Notes under the pieces: generated by a model
What the model saw: the letters and a program-made list of their open reading frames with translations, nothing else
Told to the model about the DNA's origin: nothing
Databases searched by the model: none
Assembly: GCA_044347345.1 (NCBI GenBank)
Contig: JBIKUX010000028.1
Location: 1-28,495, forward strand
Source of the DNA: Bdellovibrionota bacterium
GTDB taxonomy: Bacteria > Bdellovibrionota_C > UBA2361 > JBIKUX01
Direction: 5' to 3'
DNA length: 28,495 nt
Position numbers and translations under genes: made by a program
Part shown: in pieces, positions 7,840 through 16,356 of the stretch
How the letters are laid out: the number at the start of each line of letters is the position of its first letter
How positions within the stretch are numbered: the first letter of the stretch is position 1

Positions 7840-8300
7840 TTGTCATCTAAATTGCGTTTTCGAATAATTATTAAATCAGTTTTTGTGCTATTTTTTCTTT
7901 TTTGTTTAATTCCAATAAAGTCATCATCGCAAAATTTTGATAGTTTACATGTGTATGCGGTTTATATGCATTCAATGTACATAATAAACATGGATAAAGA
8001 TTTAATAAAAAACGAAGTTGATCCGATAAAAATAGAGAATCAGCAAACAGTAAAAGAAATTTATTCTTTTTTAATTAACAATGTAAAAGGATCTTATTTA
8101 AAAAATATTAAAAGTAATTATCTTGATGTGCGACTTACTTTTGAATATTTTAAAAAAATAATAGAATTATTCAAACATTTGGTTTAACACACCTAAAAAC
8201 AATGTTTATAAATAATGAGCTTTATTCATATGATATTAAAAAGCTAAAGCAATTAGATAAATATATTACGGGCTTATCAACAAAATTAGGTGTAAGGTAA
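7840..8300 (+). pseudogene. Secreted protein gene frameshifted at an A7 run
   Basis: ORF stops at 8187; one extra A in 8152-8158 extends it to ...NNRIIQTFGLTHLKTMFINNELYSYDIKKLKQLDKYITGLSTKLGVR* at 8300. Confidence 0.6.
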
Positions 8301-8322
8301 GTGTCAGTTTCAATGATTATCG

Positions 8323-8398
8323 TATTGTCAGCTTCCCTAAAGATCGGCCATTTAGAATTTACTCAGGTTTTAAGCATTAAAGCAGTACTACCTTATTC
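8323..8398 (+). repeat. Right-end repeat copy 4 (partial)
   Basis: TATTGTCAGCTTCCCTAAAGATCGGCCATTTAG...TTAAGCATT...CTTATTC. Confidence 0.9.
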
Positions 8399-8482
8399 TT
8401 TCGTCAAAATGATATTTGTAGGGATATTAAAATCGGGTTCATCAGGGAGGCGTATACCATGTCTTTTCTATGCAGTGATTCG

Positions 8483-9271
8483 TCAATCGTTCGCTTCCCA
8501 GTCGCTATAAGTAAACCAACTCTCTTCCCCAGCTTTCATATAGGCTACAATTCTCTTTTTCGGCTTTTCCATCGTTTTTGTCACTTCATTGTAAACTAAA
8601 GTGTCTCCATTGTCATAAGATATTATTCCTTTTTTGTCACAACAGTCAAGCAATTTGACTTTGATGAAAAACTTTTCTTCATCCCTTGCTGTAATAACGC
8701 CTTTTGCTGTGCAAATGTCATTAACGTATTTGTTTTCCTGTTCCTTTGACACAAAGCCGTTTCGGTAATTGAAAACAACTGTGTCACCAATATTGTAGCT
8801 TGAATATTCATCCTGTTTCAGCTCCAAATCTCGCTTTTTTGCTTTTTCCCAAAAGTCTTGATAGTACTTAATTTGTTCTGTGAGTTTTATATCCTGTCCT
8901 GTTAAATAACGATAATAGCTGTCAAGTATGATGCCCGACATATCATCAGGATGATAAATGCCTCTTTCATTAAAGAACTTCGAAAGTCTTGAACCCTTCC
9001 ATAGTTCCCAGTTGTTTCTCATCCAAATTCCAAAGTTCAAATGCATTCGTGCGGAAAAGTGGTCTTCACTCATCGATTTAATTTTCACTTTACTGCTGTC
9101 CGCAAATATTTTGTCAAGCTGTTTAAGGCAATCATCCAAGTCAATAGGAATGTAAGTCGTGTCTTTTAAGGCTTTTGTATGGGTTTTATTATTGGAACTT
9201 GTCTGTCCATATGAAGGAGTAAGCTGTGTCGCTAAAAACGTTACTAAGAGTATTATAGTCTTATTTGTCAT
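8483..9271 (-). CDS. Secreted protein, DUF6794-like
   Basis: IPIDLDDCLKQLD...HLNFGIWMRNNWELW...GIYHPDDMSGIILDSY motif; signal peptide from MTNKTII (ATG 9271). Confidence 0.75.
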   Translation of the reverse strand: MTNKTIILLVTFLATQLTPSYGQTSSNNKTHTKALKDTTYIPIDLDDCLKQLDKIFADSSKVKIKSMSEDHFSARMHLNFGIWMRNNWELWKGSRLSKFFNERGIYHPDDMSGIILDSYYRYLTGQDIKLTEQIKYYQDFWEKAKKRDLELKQDEYSSYNIGDTVVFNYRNGFVSKEQENKYVNDICTAKGVITARDEEKFFIKVKLLDCCDKKGIISYDNGDTLVYNEVTKTMEKPKKRIVAYMKAGEESWFTYSDWEAND

Positions 9272-9412
9272 TGTGCTCAAGGTTTCTGGGCTTTGTGTTC
9301 GTAGCGGACACAGAATTCCCAAAGCTTGGGTTAAGATATACAGCTAAATTGAAAAATATATATTCATTCTATGTTTGTCCGTCTACATGATGCAAAACCC
9401 ATATTACCAGCC
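9272..9412 (-). other. Degenerate attC-like integron cassette recombination site
   Basis: Long imperfect inverted repeat: GGGCTTTG (9288) / CAAAACCC (9393) and GTAGCGGACA (9301) / TGTCCGTCTAC (9376) with one unpaired base; fills the gap between a stop and the next ATG. Confidence 0.6.
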
Positions 9413-9416
9413 CGTG

Positions 9417-10040
9417 TTATTTGGGATAACAAGCTGCTTCTGCTTCTTTAAGAGTTCTTCCTTTTCTGTCAAACAACAGCGTCAATTTTGTTTCAAAGGC
9501 CGGAACTGCAATTTCTCAACCCCAATCATTTGGAATTGATGGAATGTGCTCGCTAAGTCGCTTTTGAAACTGATACCAGCCTGGCGTGCTTTCAGTCAGC
9601 CGTAATGAGGCACTGTCACTGATAAAAATGTCCATGCAAATTTCATCTGTCGTGAAGCGGTCTTCTTTAAACCCAAATATAGTGTCGAAGTCTGCCCACC
9701 TATAAGATTTAACTCCACTATTCTCTGCCATGATAAAGCCGCGTTCAGTGTAGGAGAAAAAGCCCAAACTTTCCTGCTCCCTGTGAAACTGTTCAGCCAA
9801 TATCTTTTTGCCAAGTTTTGTGTCTTGTGTCACGAAAAGTTTTTTGGGATTGAGTAGGCGAGCCATTAAGAAAAGTCCAATACCGCCGAAAAAGGTGAGT
9901 GCAGCCCAGAAAGAGAATGAAGAAGACTTGCCTCTTGTATAAATAATGGCTACAACGAATAGAAAGTTCAAAACGATTAATCCAACTTGCTTTTGTTTGC
10001 TCTCCCAAATCACCCTCTTGTCATTATAGGTTGGTTGCAT
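9417..10040 (-). pseudogene. Membrane protein gene with a premature TGA at 9516-9518
   Basis: Frame continues past TGA: DWG*EIAVPAFETKLTLLFDRKGRTLKEAEAACYPK* to 9417; ATG 10040 directly follows the upstream stop. Confidence 0.65.
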
Positions 10041-10041
10041 G

Positions 10042-10674
10042 TTATGGGTTCTTAAATAATGCAAATAAGTCCTTTTTACTTTTACCCATCAAATCCTTTA
10101 CACCTTCTTTTTGAATTTTATCAAACTCGGTGTAAGATGGCAATGAGTCATAAAGTGTCTGTAGTAACTTATTAGCCTGTTTTGTGTCATCAAGATAAAT
10201 TAAGTTGATTGCTTTATTCGTCATCAATAATACAAAGTCTCTATTTGTTTTCTGCATTGTGTCCAGTACTTCGTTGCAAATTGACAACGACTTGTCGAAA
10301 TATTTTTTTGCAGAAATTGTATCGCCTAGTTGAAATGATAATATACCGCTTTGCAAATAAAGATCATGTGCATTTGGGCAGAGCTGTATCAATTTAATAT
10401 TTGTCTTAAGAGCTTTGTCAAACTGTTTTAGCTGATAATAGAACATCAATTTATTAGAATGCCCGAGAAAATAATTGCTATCTATCTGTGTGGCCTTCTC
10501 GAGAAGTGTAAGTGCCTTCTTTGCGCTATCGAAATTGTCAATATATGCAACTAGTGCCATCGCCTGATTGTTATACTGTACTGCAGCAGGATCAGGTTTC
10601 TGTCTCTCAGTAGTCTTACCACACGAGGCGAGTACTGTCAATATAAGTCCAACTAAAATCTTGGTGAGTGTCAT
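10042..10674 (-). CDS. TPR-repeat lipoprotein, cargo
   Basis: Lipobox LASC; TPR-like helices (ALTLLEKATQIDSNY, AKKYFDKSL). Confidence 0.8.
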   Translation of the reverse strand: MTLTKILVGLILTVLASCGKTTERQKPDPAAVQYNNQAMALVAYIDNFDSAKKALTLLEKATQIDSNYFLGHSNKLMFYYQLKQFDKALKTNIKLIQLCPNAHDLYLQSGILSFQLGDTISAKKYFDKSLSICNEVLDTMQKTNRDFVLLMTNKAINLIYLDDTKQANKLLQTLYDSLPSYTEFDKIQKEGVKDLMGKSKKDLFALFKNP

Positions 10675-10700
10675 TATTTTAAGCCAGAGTTATGTGTACG

Positions 10701-11261
10701 TTATTCGGTCGCCAAATTATAGCTATCAGTCGTCTTATCGTATTGTACTTTGATTAAATCACTTTTACTTACTTTCATTTTTCTATCAATTGTCAATAAG
10801 CCGTTGATATAAATATTACTTTCGTCACTTACATGCCTAGTGAGTTTTGTCGAAAGAAATTCAGTCAATGTAACTGCATCAGTAAGTCCTTTTATAAGTT
10901 CTATGATAATAATACCGCGTTTTGCAATGTCTCCAAAGAATGGTCGACCGCTGTTACACTTTATAACAGTAAGTGACTTTACATTTTTGTTTTCAGTAAA
11001 CTTTTTGGCTGTCACAGTAGAAAGTAGCACATTGTCTTTTGTTAAGTAAATTGGCTTGTCTGTTGAATTGAGTGCTCTTGAATTGATTGCAAGTGTGTCG
11101 CCGTTTGTCTTGACAAGATTACCACAGAAGTCTGTCCAACAGTCATTACACTCAACTACTCTGTCACCAATAACATACCTTTTAATATTTGATGTATCGA
11201 TATTTTGTCCAAACGTAAAAGTTGAAGCTAAAAGTATTGTTATGGTTAGAAGCTCTTTCAT
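10701..11261 (-). CDS. Hypothetical secreted protein, cargo
   Basis: Signal peptide MKELLTITILLASTFTFG-Q from ATG 11261. Confidence 0.7.
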   Translation of the reverse strand: MKELLTITILLASTFTFGQNIDTSNIKRYVIGDRVVECNDCWTDFCGNLVKTNGDTLAINSRALNSTDKPIYLTKDNVLLSTVTAKKFTENKNVKSLTVIKCNSGRPFFGDIAKRGIIIIELIKGLTDAVTLTEFLSTKLTRHVSDESNIYINGLLTIDRKMKVSKSDLIKVQYDKTTDSYNLATE

Positions 11262-11534
11262 AATAATGCACAACTTATTTATTGGTCCTACTTTCACATC
11301 CCTAGACAATCAATTCCTTGTGCATAGGTCTGTAATTTTTTCTTGTTGTAATTTATTATAAATCGTCGAATGGGCCTAGAAATTGTTGCAAATTTTGGAC
11401 TAATAGTGGACAAAAGCCCTTAGAAAGGTCTAATTAAAGCTTCTGTAATTTACTCAAAGAATATCCTTTACCTCATAGGTAGTCCACCAAATCTAATTAC
11501 ACATGGACCAAACATAGTTTCGGGGCTAAATTGT

Positions 11535-11891
11535 TTAACTATTTATTACTTCTTCATCTAATCGTCCTGCCAATACAGCTTTTTCAAGGTGTGTTATCGT
11601 TAATTCTTTTGTTTGTCGCCTCTGCTTTCCTGTAACCATTCTTATTATAGCACGAAGTATCGGTTCTCCTTCATCATCAAAGTACTCATCTATTTTAAAT
11701 TTACTAACATCTACTTTAAACTCATTCCCAAAAGCTATTAAAAACTTATCTGCGTCATCACCATTGATTTTTAAATCTTCTTTTATTCTCGTATTAATGC
11801 CAATTTCCTTTTCTTCAAATAAGGGTAATGTTATTCCCCATCCACTTCCCAATAAAAAGGACTTTAGCTTATTAAAAACCTCATTATTCAT
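11535..11891 (-). CDS. DUF1493-like (acyl-carrier-like) protein
   Basis: TRIKEDLKINGDDADKFLIAFGNEFKVDVSKF...YFDDEG...LTITHLEKAVLAGRL pattern. Confidence 0.7.
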   Translation of the reverse strand: MNNEVFNKLKSFLLGSGWGITLPLFEEKEIGINTRIKEDLKINGDDADKFLIAFGNEFKVDVSKFKIDEYFDDEGEPILRAIIRMVTGKQRRQTKELTITHLEKAVLAGRLDEEVINS

Positions 11892-12023
11892 TAATTATTT
11901 TTTAGTGAACCTGATGTCTTTTGTAATTGTTCCTAAAAGGTTTAAGCCTATTAAAATATTATACTTCCTCCAAATTTAGCCCAAATCTCCTTGAGTTTGT
12001 GGCAGCTATTCAAAAGGAATGTT

Positions 12024-12236
12024 TTAGGGTGATACAACCTCAATCACCCCCAGCTTATTCATTATTATCAAGGTAAGCAGAACAATGATCAAAAAGTAAT
12101 GCAAGGTGAGCATTCCTCTATCAACCTTAGGCTTGAAAATAGGATGATTCAATAAAGGAATATTAATCCACAAGTTGATCAGTCGTAGAGCACTAAGTAA
12201 TATGATTAGAACGGAAAAGACTGTTAGCAATGTCAT
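12024..12236 (-). CDS. 70-aa two-TM protein, copy B
   Basis: Paralog of 6998-7210. Confidence 0.7.
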   Translation of the reverse strand: MTLLTVFSVLIILLSALRLINLWINIPLLNHPIFKPKVDRGMLTLHYFLIIVLLTLIIMNKLGVIEVVSP

Positions 12237-12374
12237 ACAGTAATATTCAATCCAAATTTAATAACCCAATTCGAGAGTTAAGACTATTTCACACCGACCA
12301 AACGTTATTTCGAATAGAGGCATGCAAAAACTTGCCAGAAATTCGTAGCTTCAGAGAGCAAAACCTTTTATAGT

Positions 12375-12779
12375 ATGAACTTACTACCAAGAATTAGCAG
12401 CTTACTTTTGCTCTCATTCCTTTTCCTGTTAAGCACCACTAGTGTCAAGGCTCAGGAGGAAAAGCGCCCTGCAATTGCTGATTTTCACATCACTATCCAG
12501 AACACCCCAAATGGTATTGCTCTCACAAGCTCAAAAGGGAGTGCTTGGGTAACCTTGGAGTTCACCCTTCCTTACGATAAGCCACAAACGATAAATGAGT
12601 ATGGAATGGCTGATCCTGTGAAAGGGCTGGAGAATGGGTCTTATCTGTTCACCATCACTAGGACCCAAAGTGGCATAAAGCTTAAAGGTTTACAGGGTAC
12701 AGCCTGGATAGACTTGGGGTTCTCAATTCCTTCTAGCAAAGCTCAAAGTATTGACCAGCTGGGGATGATTATACACTAG
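12375..12779 (+). CDS. Secreted protein with internal two-fold repeat, copy B
   Basis: Paralog of 7363-7764. Confidence 0.8.
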   Translation: MNLLPRISSLLLLSFLFLLSTTSVKAQEEKRPAIADFHITIQNTPNGIALTSSKGSAWVTLEFTLPYDKPQTINEYGMADPVKGLENGSYLFTITRTQSGIKLKGLQGTAWIDLGFSIPSSKAQSIDQLGMIIH

Positions 12780-12883
12780 TTGAGACGAAAAATAATATGC
12801 CAAAAACCAAGTGTCTCAAAAAGTTCATCAAATATTAATATAATTGAAGGCAGCGTACAAATGGCATCAAAATTAATCACATT

Positions 12884-13552
12884 ATGACTAATCAAGAGTG
12901 GTTCCGAGGCCCTGAATGGGATAAAGAAACTCAGGATTTATTTGAAAATAAACTTAAAAAGTCAAGGGGGAGTTATAACAAATCTCAGTATATTTTAATC
13001 AAAGGAGGATATTTATTGCGCTCAAAAGACATAGTTAAAGAGTCTGAAGGGTGCAGATTAATGGGAAGGCTAATTAATGAATTTCCCAAAGAAACATCTC
13101 ATGTAATGTCTGCATATGAACAGTTGGGAGATTATTACTTTTCCAAAAGTGAATATGAAAAGGCAGAATTCAACTACCGAAGTAGTATATCATACTACAA
13201 GAATAATGGCAGAAGTGGCTCAAGTGGCATTGGAGACATTAAATTAGCGGAGACCATCATTAATGCAGGCAAATCTGATGTTTACCTTGAATTATATAAG
13301 CTTTTAACAGATCAATTCAGACAGACAAAAGGTCAGTTAATACTAAATGATGAGATATTTAGACATTATTCAGCTTTGGCAAAAATTTGTATTGCATTAG
13401 AAAAAAAAGAAGAAGCTAAAGAATATGCTCGAAAAGCATTACGATTAGCTGAAATTAAAGAGCCACAATTAGACAACTATCTGCAAATGGGCATTATTAA
13501 GGTTAGTAAAGACGAGTTAACAAAGTTGAATGACATTTTAAACGATCATTAA
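12884..13552 (+). CDS. Cytoplasmic TPR-like protein, cargo
   Basis: AYEQLGDYYFSKSEYEKAEFNYR and ALAKICIALEKKEEAKEYARKAL helices. Confidence 0.75.
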   Translation: MTNQEWFRGPEWDKETQDLFENKLKKSRGSYNKSQYILIKGGYLLRSKDIVKESEGCRLMGRLINEFPKETSHVMSAYEQLGDYYFSKSEYEKAEFNYRSSISYYKNNGRSGSSGIGDIKLAETIINAGKSDVYLELYKLLTDQFRQTKGQLILNDEIFRHYSALAKICIALEKKEEAKEYARKALRLAEIKEPQLDNYLQMGIIKVSKDELTKLNDILNDH

Positions 13553-13581
13553 TATACGACGAGAAGCATCTTTTTAGTATA

Positions 13582-13809
13582 ATGAATAAGCATAGAAAAA
13601 TATTACACATAACACTAATTGGCTTATGTTGTGCAACCTTTAGAAAATTAGAGTATGGTCCTTTAAAGATTACATTATTCATTCTTTTATCAAGTGTCGT
13701 AATTCAACAGTTCTTATACACTTTTAATTCCGAAACTTCTGACAAAAACCTAAAGCTTACGTCATCCATTAAAAATGAAGTTTTAAAGTCCATCCTAATA
13801 GTTTTTTAG
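13582..13809 (+). CDS. Small hydrophobic ORF, possibly a decayed membrane protein gene
   Basis: 75-aa ORF with hydrophobic segments just downstream of 13552. Confidence 0.35.
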   Translation: MNKHRKILHITLIGLCCATFRKLEYGPLKITLFILLSSVVIQQFLYTFNSETSDKNLKLTSSIKNEVLKSILIVF

Positions 13810-13868
13810 AGGTATTCTTAATTTATATTATCTACTTTTTATCAACGGAATTATTGAAAAAGTAGCAG

Positions 13869-13896
13869 TGTCAGCTTCCCCGTAGATCGGCCATTT
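13869..13896 (+). repeat. Right-end repeat copy 5 (short)
   Basis: TGTCAGCTTCCCCGTAGATCGGCCATTT. Confidence 0.9.
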
Positions 13897-14056
13897 GCTG
13901 TTCTTCATTTATACGGGTCTTTACTTTTGGGAGACTTTGGTTTTTTTGATAATTTTCCTGTTATAAATTTTGAAATAGTGCAAAGCTATTTCAGGACAAG
14001 ACACAGGAATCTTACAAAAAGCTTGAGAGACAATAAAACCAATATTAAACCTGAGA

Positions 14057-14803
14057 ATGTTACTGCCAAAGAGAAATAAAGTGATTAGGATACTATTTAT
14101 TTTTGTATTTCTATGTTTTATTTTTTCTTGTAACTTCTTTACCAATAAACAAGAAACGCAGGAAAATAATCAGGAAGCAAATTTATATTTGAATAAAGGA
14201 ACTTATCTTTTAGATGAAGATACTGAAACTCCTCGCTATGACTCTGCAATTATTTATTTAGAAAAAGCATCAGCTTTGGGCAGTTCTAATGCTGACAGAA
14301 TACTTGCTGAACAGTATTATTTTGGATATAAAATTAATGCTGATACAATTAAAGCAAAAGAGCATATAGAAAAAGCAATATGGAGAGATGATAGTTTAAT
14401 TTATGTTACGCTTGCGAAAATTAATTATTATAAAGGAGAGATTGATTCTTCTATTGAGTCCTTAAAAAAAGGAGATAGTAAGTACAGTAGTTATGAGCTA
14501 TCGCAATTGCTTATTTCAGGATATGCGTTTGGTCAACCTGACCCGATTTATAAGGATAAGATAAACATAAAAGAAGGATTAAAATATCTTATTAAAAGTG
14601 CAGAAAATGGTCATTTTGAGGCACAGCAAAGTTTATCATATTATTATTTAAAAGGGATAAATAACCTTTTAATAATAGATACTTCAAAAGCTAAATATTA
14701 TTACGAAAAAGCATTAAATAATTCAGCGGTTAAAGAAATTCCAGGTGCAATGGATGAATTACAGGAATTGAACAAGAGCTTCAATCGTACAGCTCAGAAC
14801 TAA
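14057..14803 (+). CDS. Sel1-like repeat lipoprotein, cargo
   Basis: Lipobox IFSC; YLEKASALGSSNADRILAEQYYFG and YLIKSAENGHFEAQQSLSYYYLKG repeats. Confidence 0.8.
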   Translation: MLLPKRNKVIRILFIFVFLCFIFSCNFFTNKQETQENNQEANLYLNKGTYLLDEDTETPRYDSAIIYLEKASALGSSNADRILAEQYYFGYKINADTIKAKEHIEKAIWRDDSLIYVTLAKINYYKGEIDSSIESLKKGDSKYSSYELSQLLISGYAFGQPDPIYKDKINIKEGLKYLIKSAENGHFEAQQSLSYYYLKGINNLLIIDTSKAKYYYEKALNNSAVKEIPGAMDELQELNKSFNRTAQN

Positions 14804-14960
14804 AGATTCTTCTTGTCCTGCGTCTTACATCTTTGATAAAACTCTCTGTAGACTTCTGTCTTTGATTTGTTTCCATAATCTTTCTTTTTTAGGTTAAAAA
14901 ATTGGGAAACACTATCTTAAATTACTAAATTAGTGGTACACTTTATGCTGAAAGTTTACA
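14793..14960 (-). mobile_element. IS left-end remnant (IS3/IS481-like transposase N-terminus)
   Basis: Minus strand starts TGTAAACTTTCAGCATAAAGTGTACCACT at 14960; ATG 14876 gives METNQRQKSTESFIKDVRRRTRRIFSSE and the similarity then stops. Confidence 0.6.
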
Positions 14961-15016
14961 ACAGTTGGTGCATTATTATCAATAATTATTCTACTAAAAA
15001 AATAATTTGTCAGGTT

Positions 15017-15580
15017 TTGAAAAAGTTATTTCCTTATATTATTTACGGTTTATTCTTTTGTATTTCTATATTTTGCTTTATAAAGTACGATAGTGAAAGA
15101 TTTGATTATGGCTGGCAATGTAATTTTTGTAATAAAAAACTGCCGTATAATTTAGTACATAAATTTTATGATGATTCTCCACTAAATTTTGTTTTGATTG
15201 ATGAGGATGATTTTGAACTGGCTGGGGTTGGATTTAAATACTATACCAATAGCTTCACAATCAAAGATTTTTTAGGTTACGGTTACAATGATACTTCTAT
15301 AATTTTGAAATGCACAGACAGCCTAAACGCAATCAAATACCTAATTTCATACCAAAAAAAGTATAGGAGCAAAAAAGGCAATCCCGAAATAAGTTTCAAG
15401 GATTTAAGCAATAGTGATTTTGAAAAGGTAAACGAGAAATACAGTTGGGTTGTATTTAGTCAGGAAGAAGCCCAAAAAGTTACTTTTAAAAGGTTTTTAT
15501 CATTCATTGGAGCTTTACTCGCATTAATTTTAATCGCTTGGAGATTATTTAAGTTAAGAAGCAATAAAGTTGGCAACTAG
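15017..15580 (+). CDS. Two-TM membrane protein, cargo
   Basis: N- and C-terminal TM segments. The ORF-track start 14933 lies inside the IS remnant; TTG 15017 (MKKLFPY) preferred. Confidence 0.65.
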   Translation: MKKLFPYIIYGLFFCISIFCFIKYDSERFDYGWQCNFCNKKLPYNLVHKFYDDSPLNFVLIDEDDFELAGVGFKYYTNSFTIKDFLGYGYNDTSIILKCTDSLNAIKYLISYQKKYRSKKGNPEISFKDLSNSDFEKVNEKYSWVVFSQEEAQKVTFKRFLSFIGALLALILIAWRLFKLRSNKVGN

Positions 15581-15606
15581 GTGGCTGTTTGTCATTCATT
15601 AATATC

Positions 15607-15756
15607 TATTGTCAGCTTCCCAGAAAATCGGCCATTTAGTAGTTTGCTAAATTCCAAGTATTTAAGCAATTACTCTTATTTCATGTCGGTTGCGAAGTTT
15701 GCTGCTTCAACCAAATCCATCAATATCTCGTTCGAACTCAGTCCAGCAAAGGGCAC
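15607..15756 (+). repeat. Right-end repeat copy 6 = functional right end (attR-like) of island 1
   Basis: Full unit from TATTGTCAGCTTCCCAGAAAATCGGCCATTTAG to TCAGTCCAGCAAAGGGCAC. Confidence 0.9.
15676..15756 (-). other. Detached 3' end of the recombinase gene (26 codons + stop)
   Basis: VPFAGLSSNEILMDLVEAANFATDMK*; in frame with the recombinase when base 1 is superimposed on 15755. Confidence 0.8.
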
Positions 15757-15801
15757 TTTGTTAGACTGAAGCCGATTCTTTACTGAATCGGCTTTTTTGT
15801 T
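15755..15801 (+). repeat. 47-bp exact direct repeat, copy 2 (with terminator hairpin 15769-15798)
   Basis: Identical to 1-47. Confidence 0.95.
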
Positions 15802-15808
15802 GTTTTCA

Positions 15809-16354
15809 TCAATCAGTCCAACGTCCACCAGCTGCCACCCATTGCTCAATGACCTGTCGGTCAGATAATGGAATCAAACCCGTGGAAGGCATAGTGGATG
15901 GGACTCCCAAGACGGCTCGCTGAAAGATACGTTCCTTACTTACGATAACAGAGCAAGAGTCAGTCAGGTCAATTCCTGCATGCGGATTATTACCGCTATG
16001 GCAGTTGCTGCAATATCTTTTTAATACCGGCATGACTGTCAAAAAACGAGGTCCAGGCATTTGATGTACAATAGTAATCAGCGTATCAGTTGTACAGGCT
16101 CCATCACTGTAGAGTACCACCGGATATTGCCCGAAATGCAATCCTTGAATTATGCTATCACCCCAACGATTAATAGAGGGCATATATATCTTACCCTTAA
16201 AGTTCTTCAGAATAATTTTTCCATTTGCACAACCCGAGTCGACAAAACTGCCTCCCCAGGTGAAGCTTCGGTCGCAGATTGGCGAGTGCTTATTCTTCTG
16301 GCAAGAAATCAGCACAAAAAATACAAAGAAAAGAAGTGTGGAACGACCGTACAT
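15809..16354 (-). CDS. Lipoprotein with C-terminal c-type cytochrome domain
   Basis: Lipobox LISC; CSNCH haem motif; distal MP and IEQWVAAG ending. Confidence 0.8.
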   Translation of the reverse strand: MYGRSTLLFFVFFVLISCQKNKHSPICDRSFTWGGSFVDSGCANGKIILKNFKGKIYMPSINRWGDSIIQGLHFGQYPVVLYSDGACTTDTLITIVHQMPGPRFLTVMPVLKRYCSNCHSGNNPHAGIDLTDSCSVIVSKERIFQRAVLGVPSTMPSTGLIPLSDRQVIEQWVAAGGRWTD

Positions 16355-16356
16355 TA

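Larger units (their letters stand above)
1..15756. mobile_element. Island 1: integrative element with large serine recombinase and repeat-punctuated cargo array
   Basis: Recombinase at the left end; bases 1-47 recur exactly at 15755-15801; right end reads ...TCGAACTCAGTCCAGCAAAGGGCAC and carries the in-frame recombinase tail; cargo is visibly more AT-rich than the core. Confidence 0.85.

Noticed and set aside
9516-9518. TGA recoding (selenocysteine or alternative genetic code)
   Set aside because: Other genes here end normally in TGA, and TAA and frameshift lesions also occur, so decay is the simpler explanation.
11395-11510. Short TGGAC/GTCCA repeats as integrase arm sites
   Set aside because: Only 5-7 bp matches with irregular spacing; could be chance.
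4333-15756. Six-copy repeat as a CRISPR array
   Set aside because: Spacing is 0.2-5.5 kb with whole genes between copies, the copies are degenerate and of unequal length, and there are no cas genes.
15724-15756. tRNA gene at the att site (also 27913-27945)
   Set aside because: Only a loose T-arm/acceptor-like 3' remnant (TTCGAA...GGGCAC) is present, with no cloverleaf. A tRNA-Leu-like target left of the window is inferred only.
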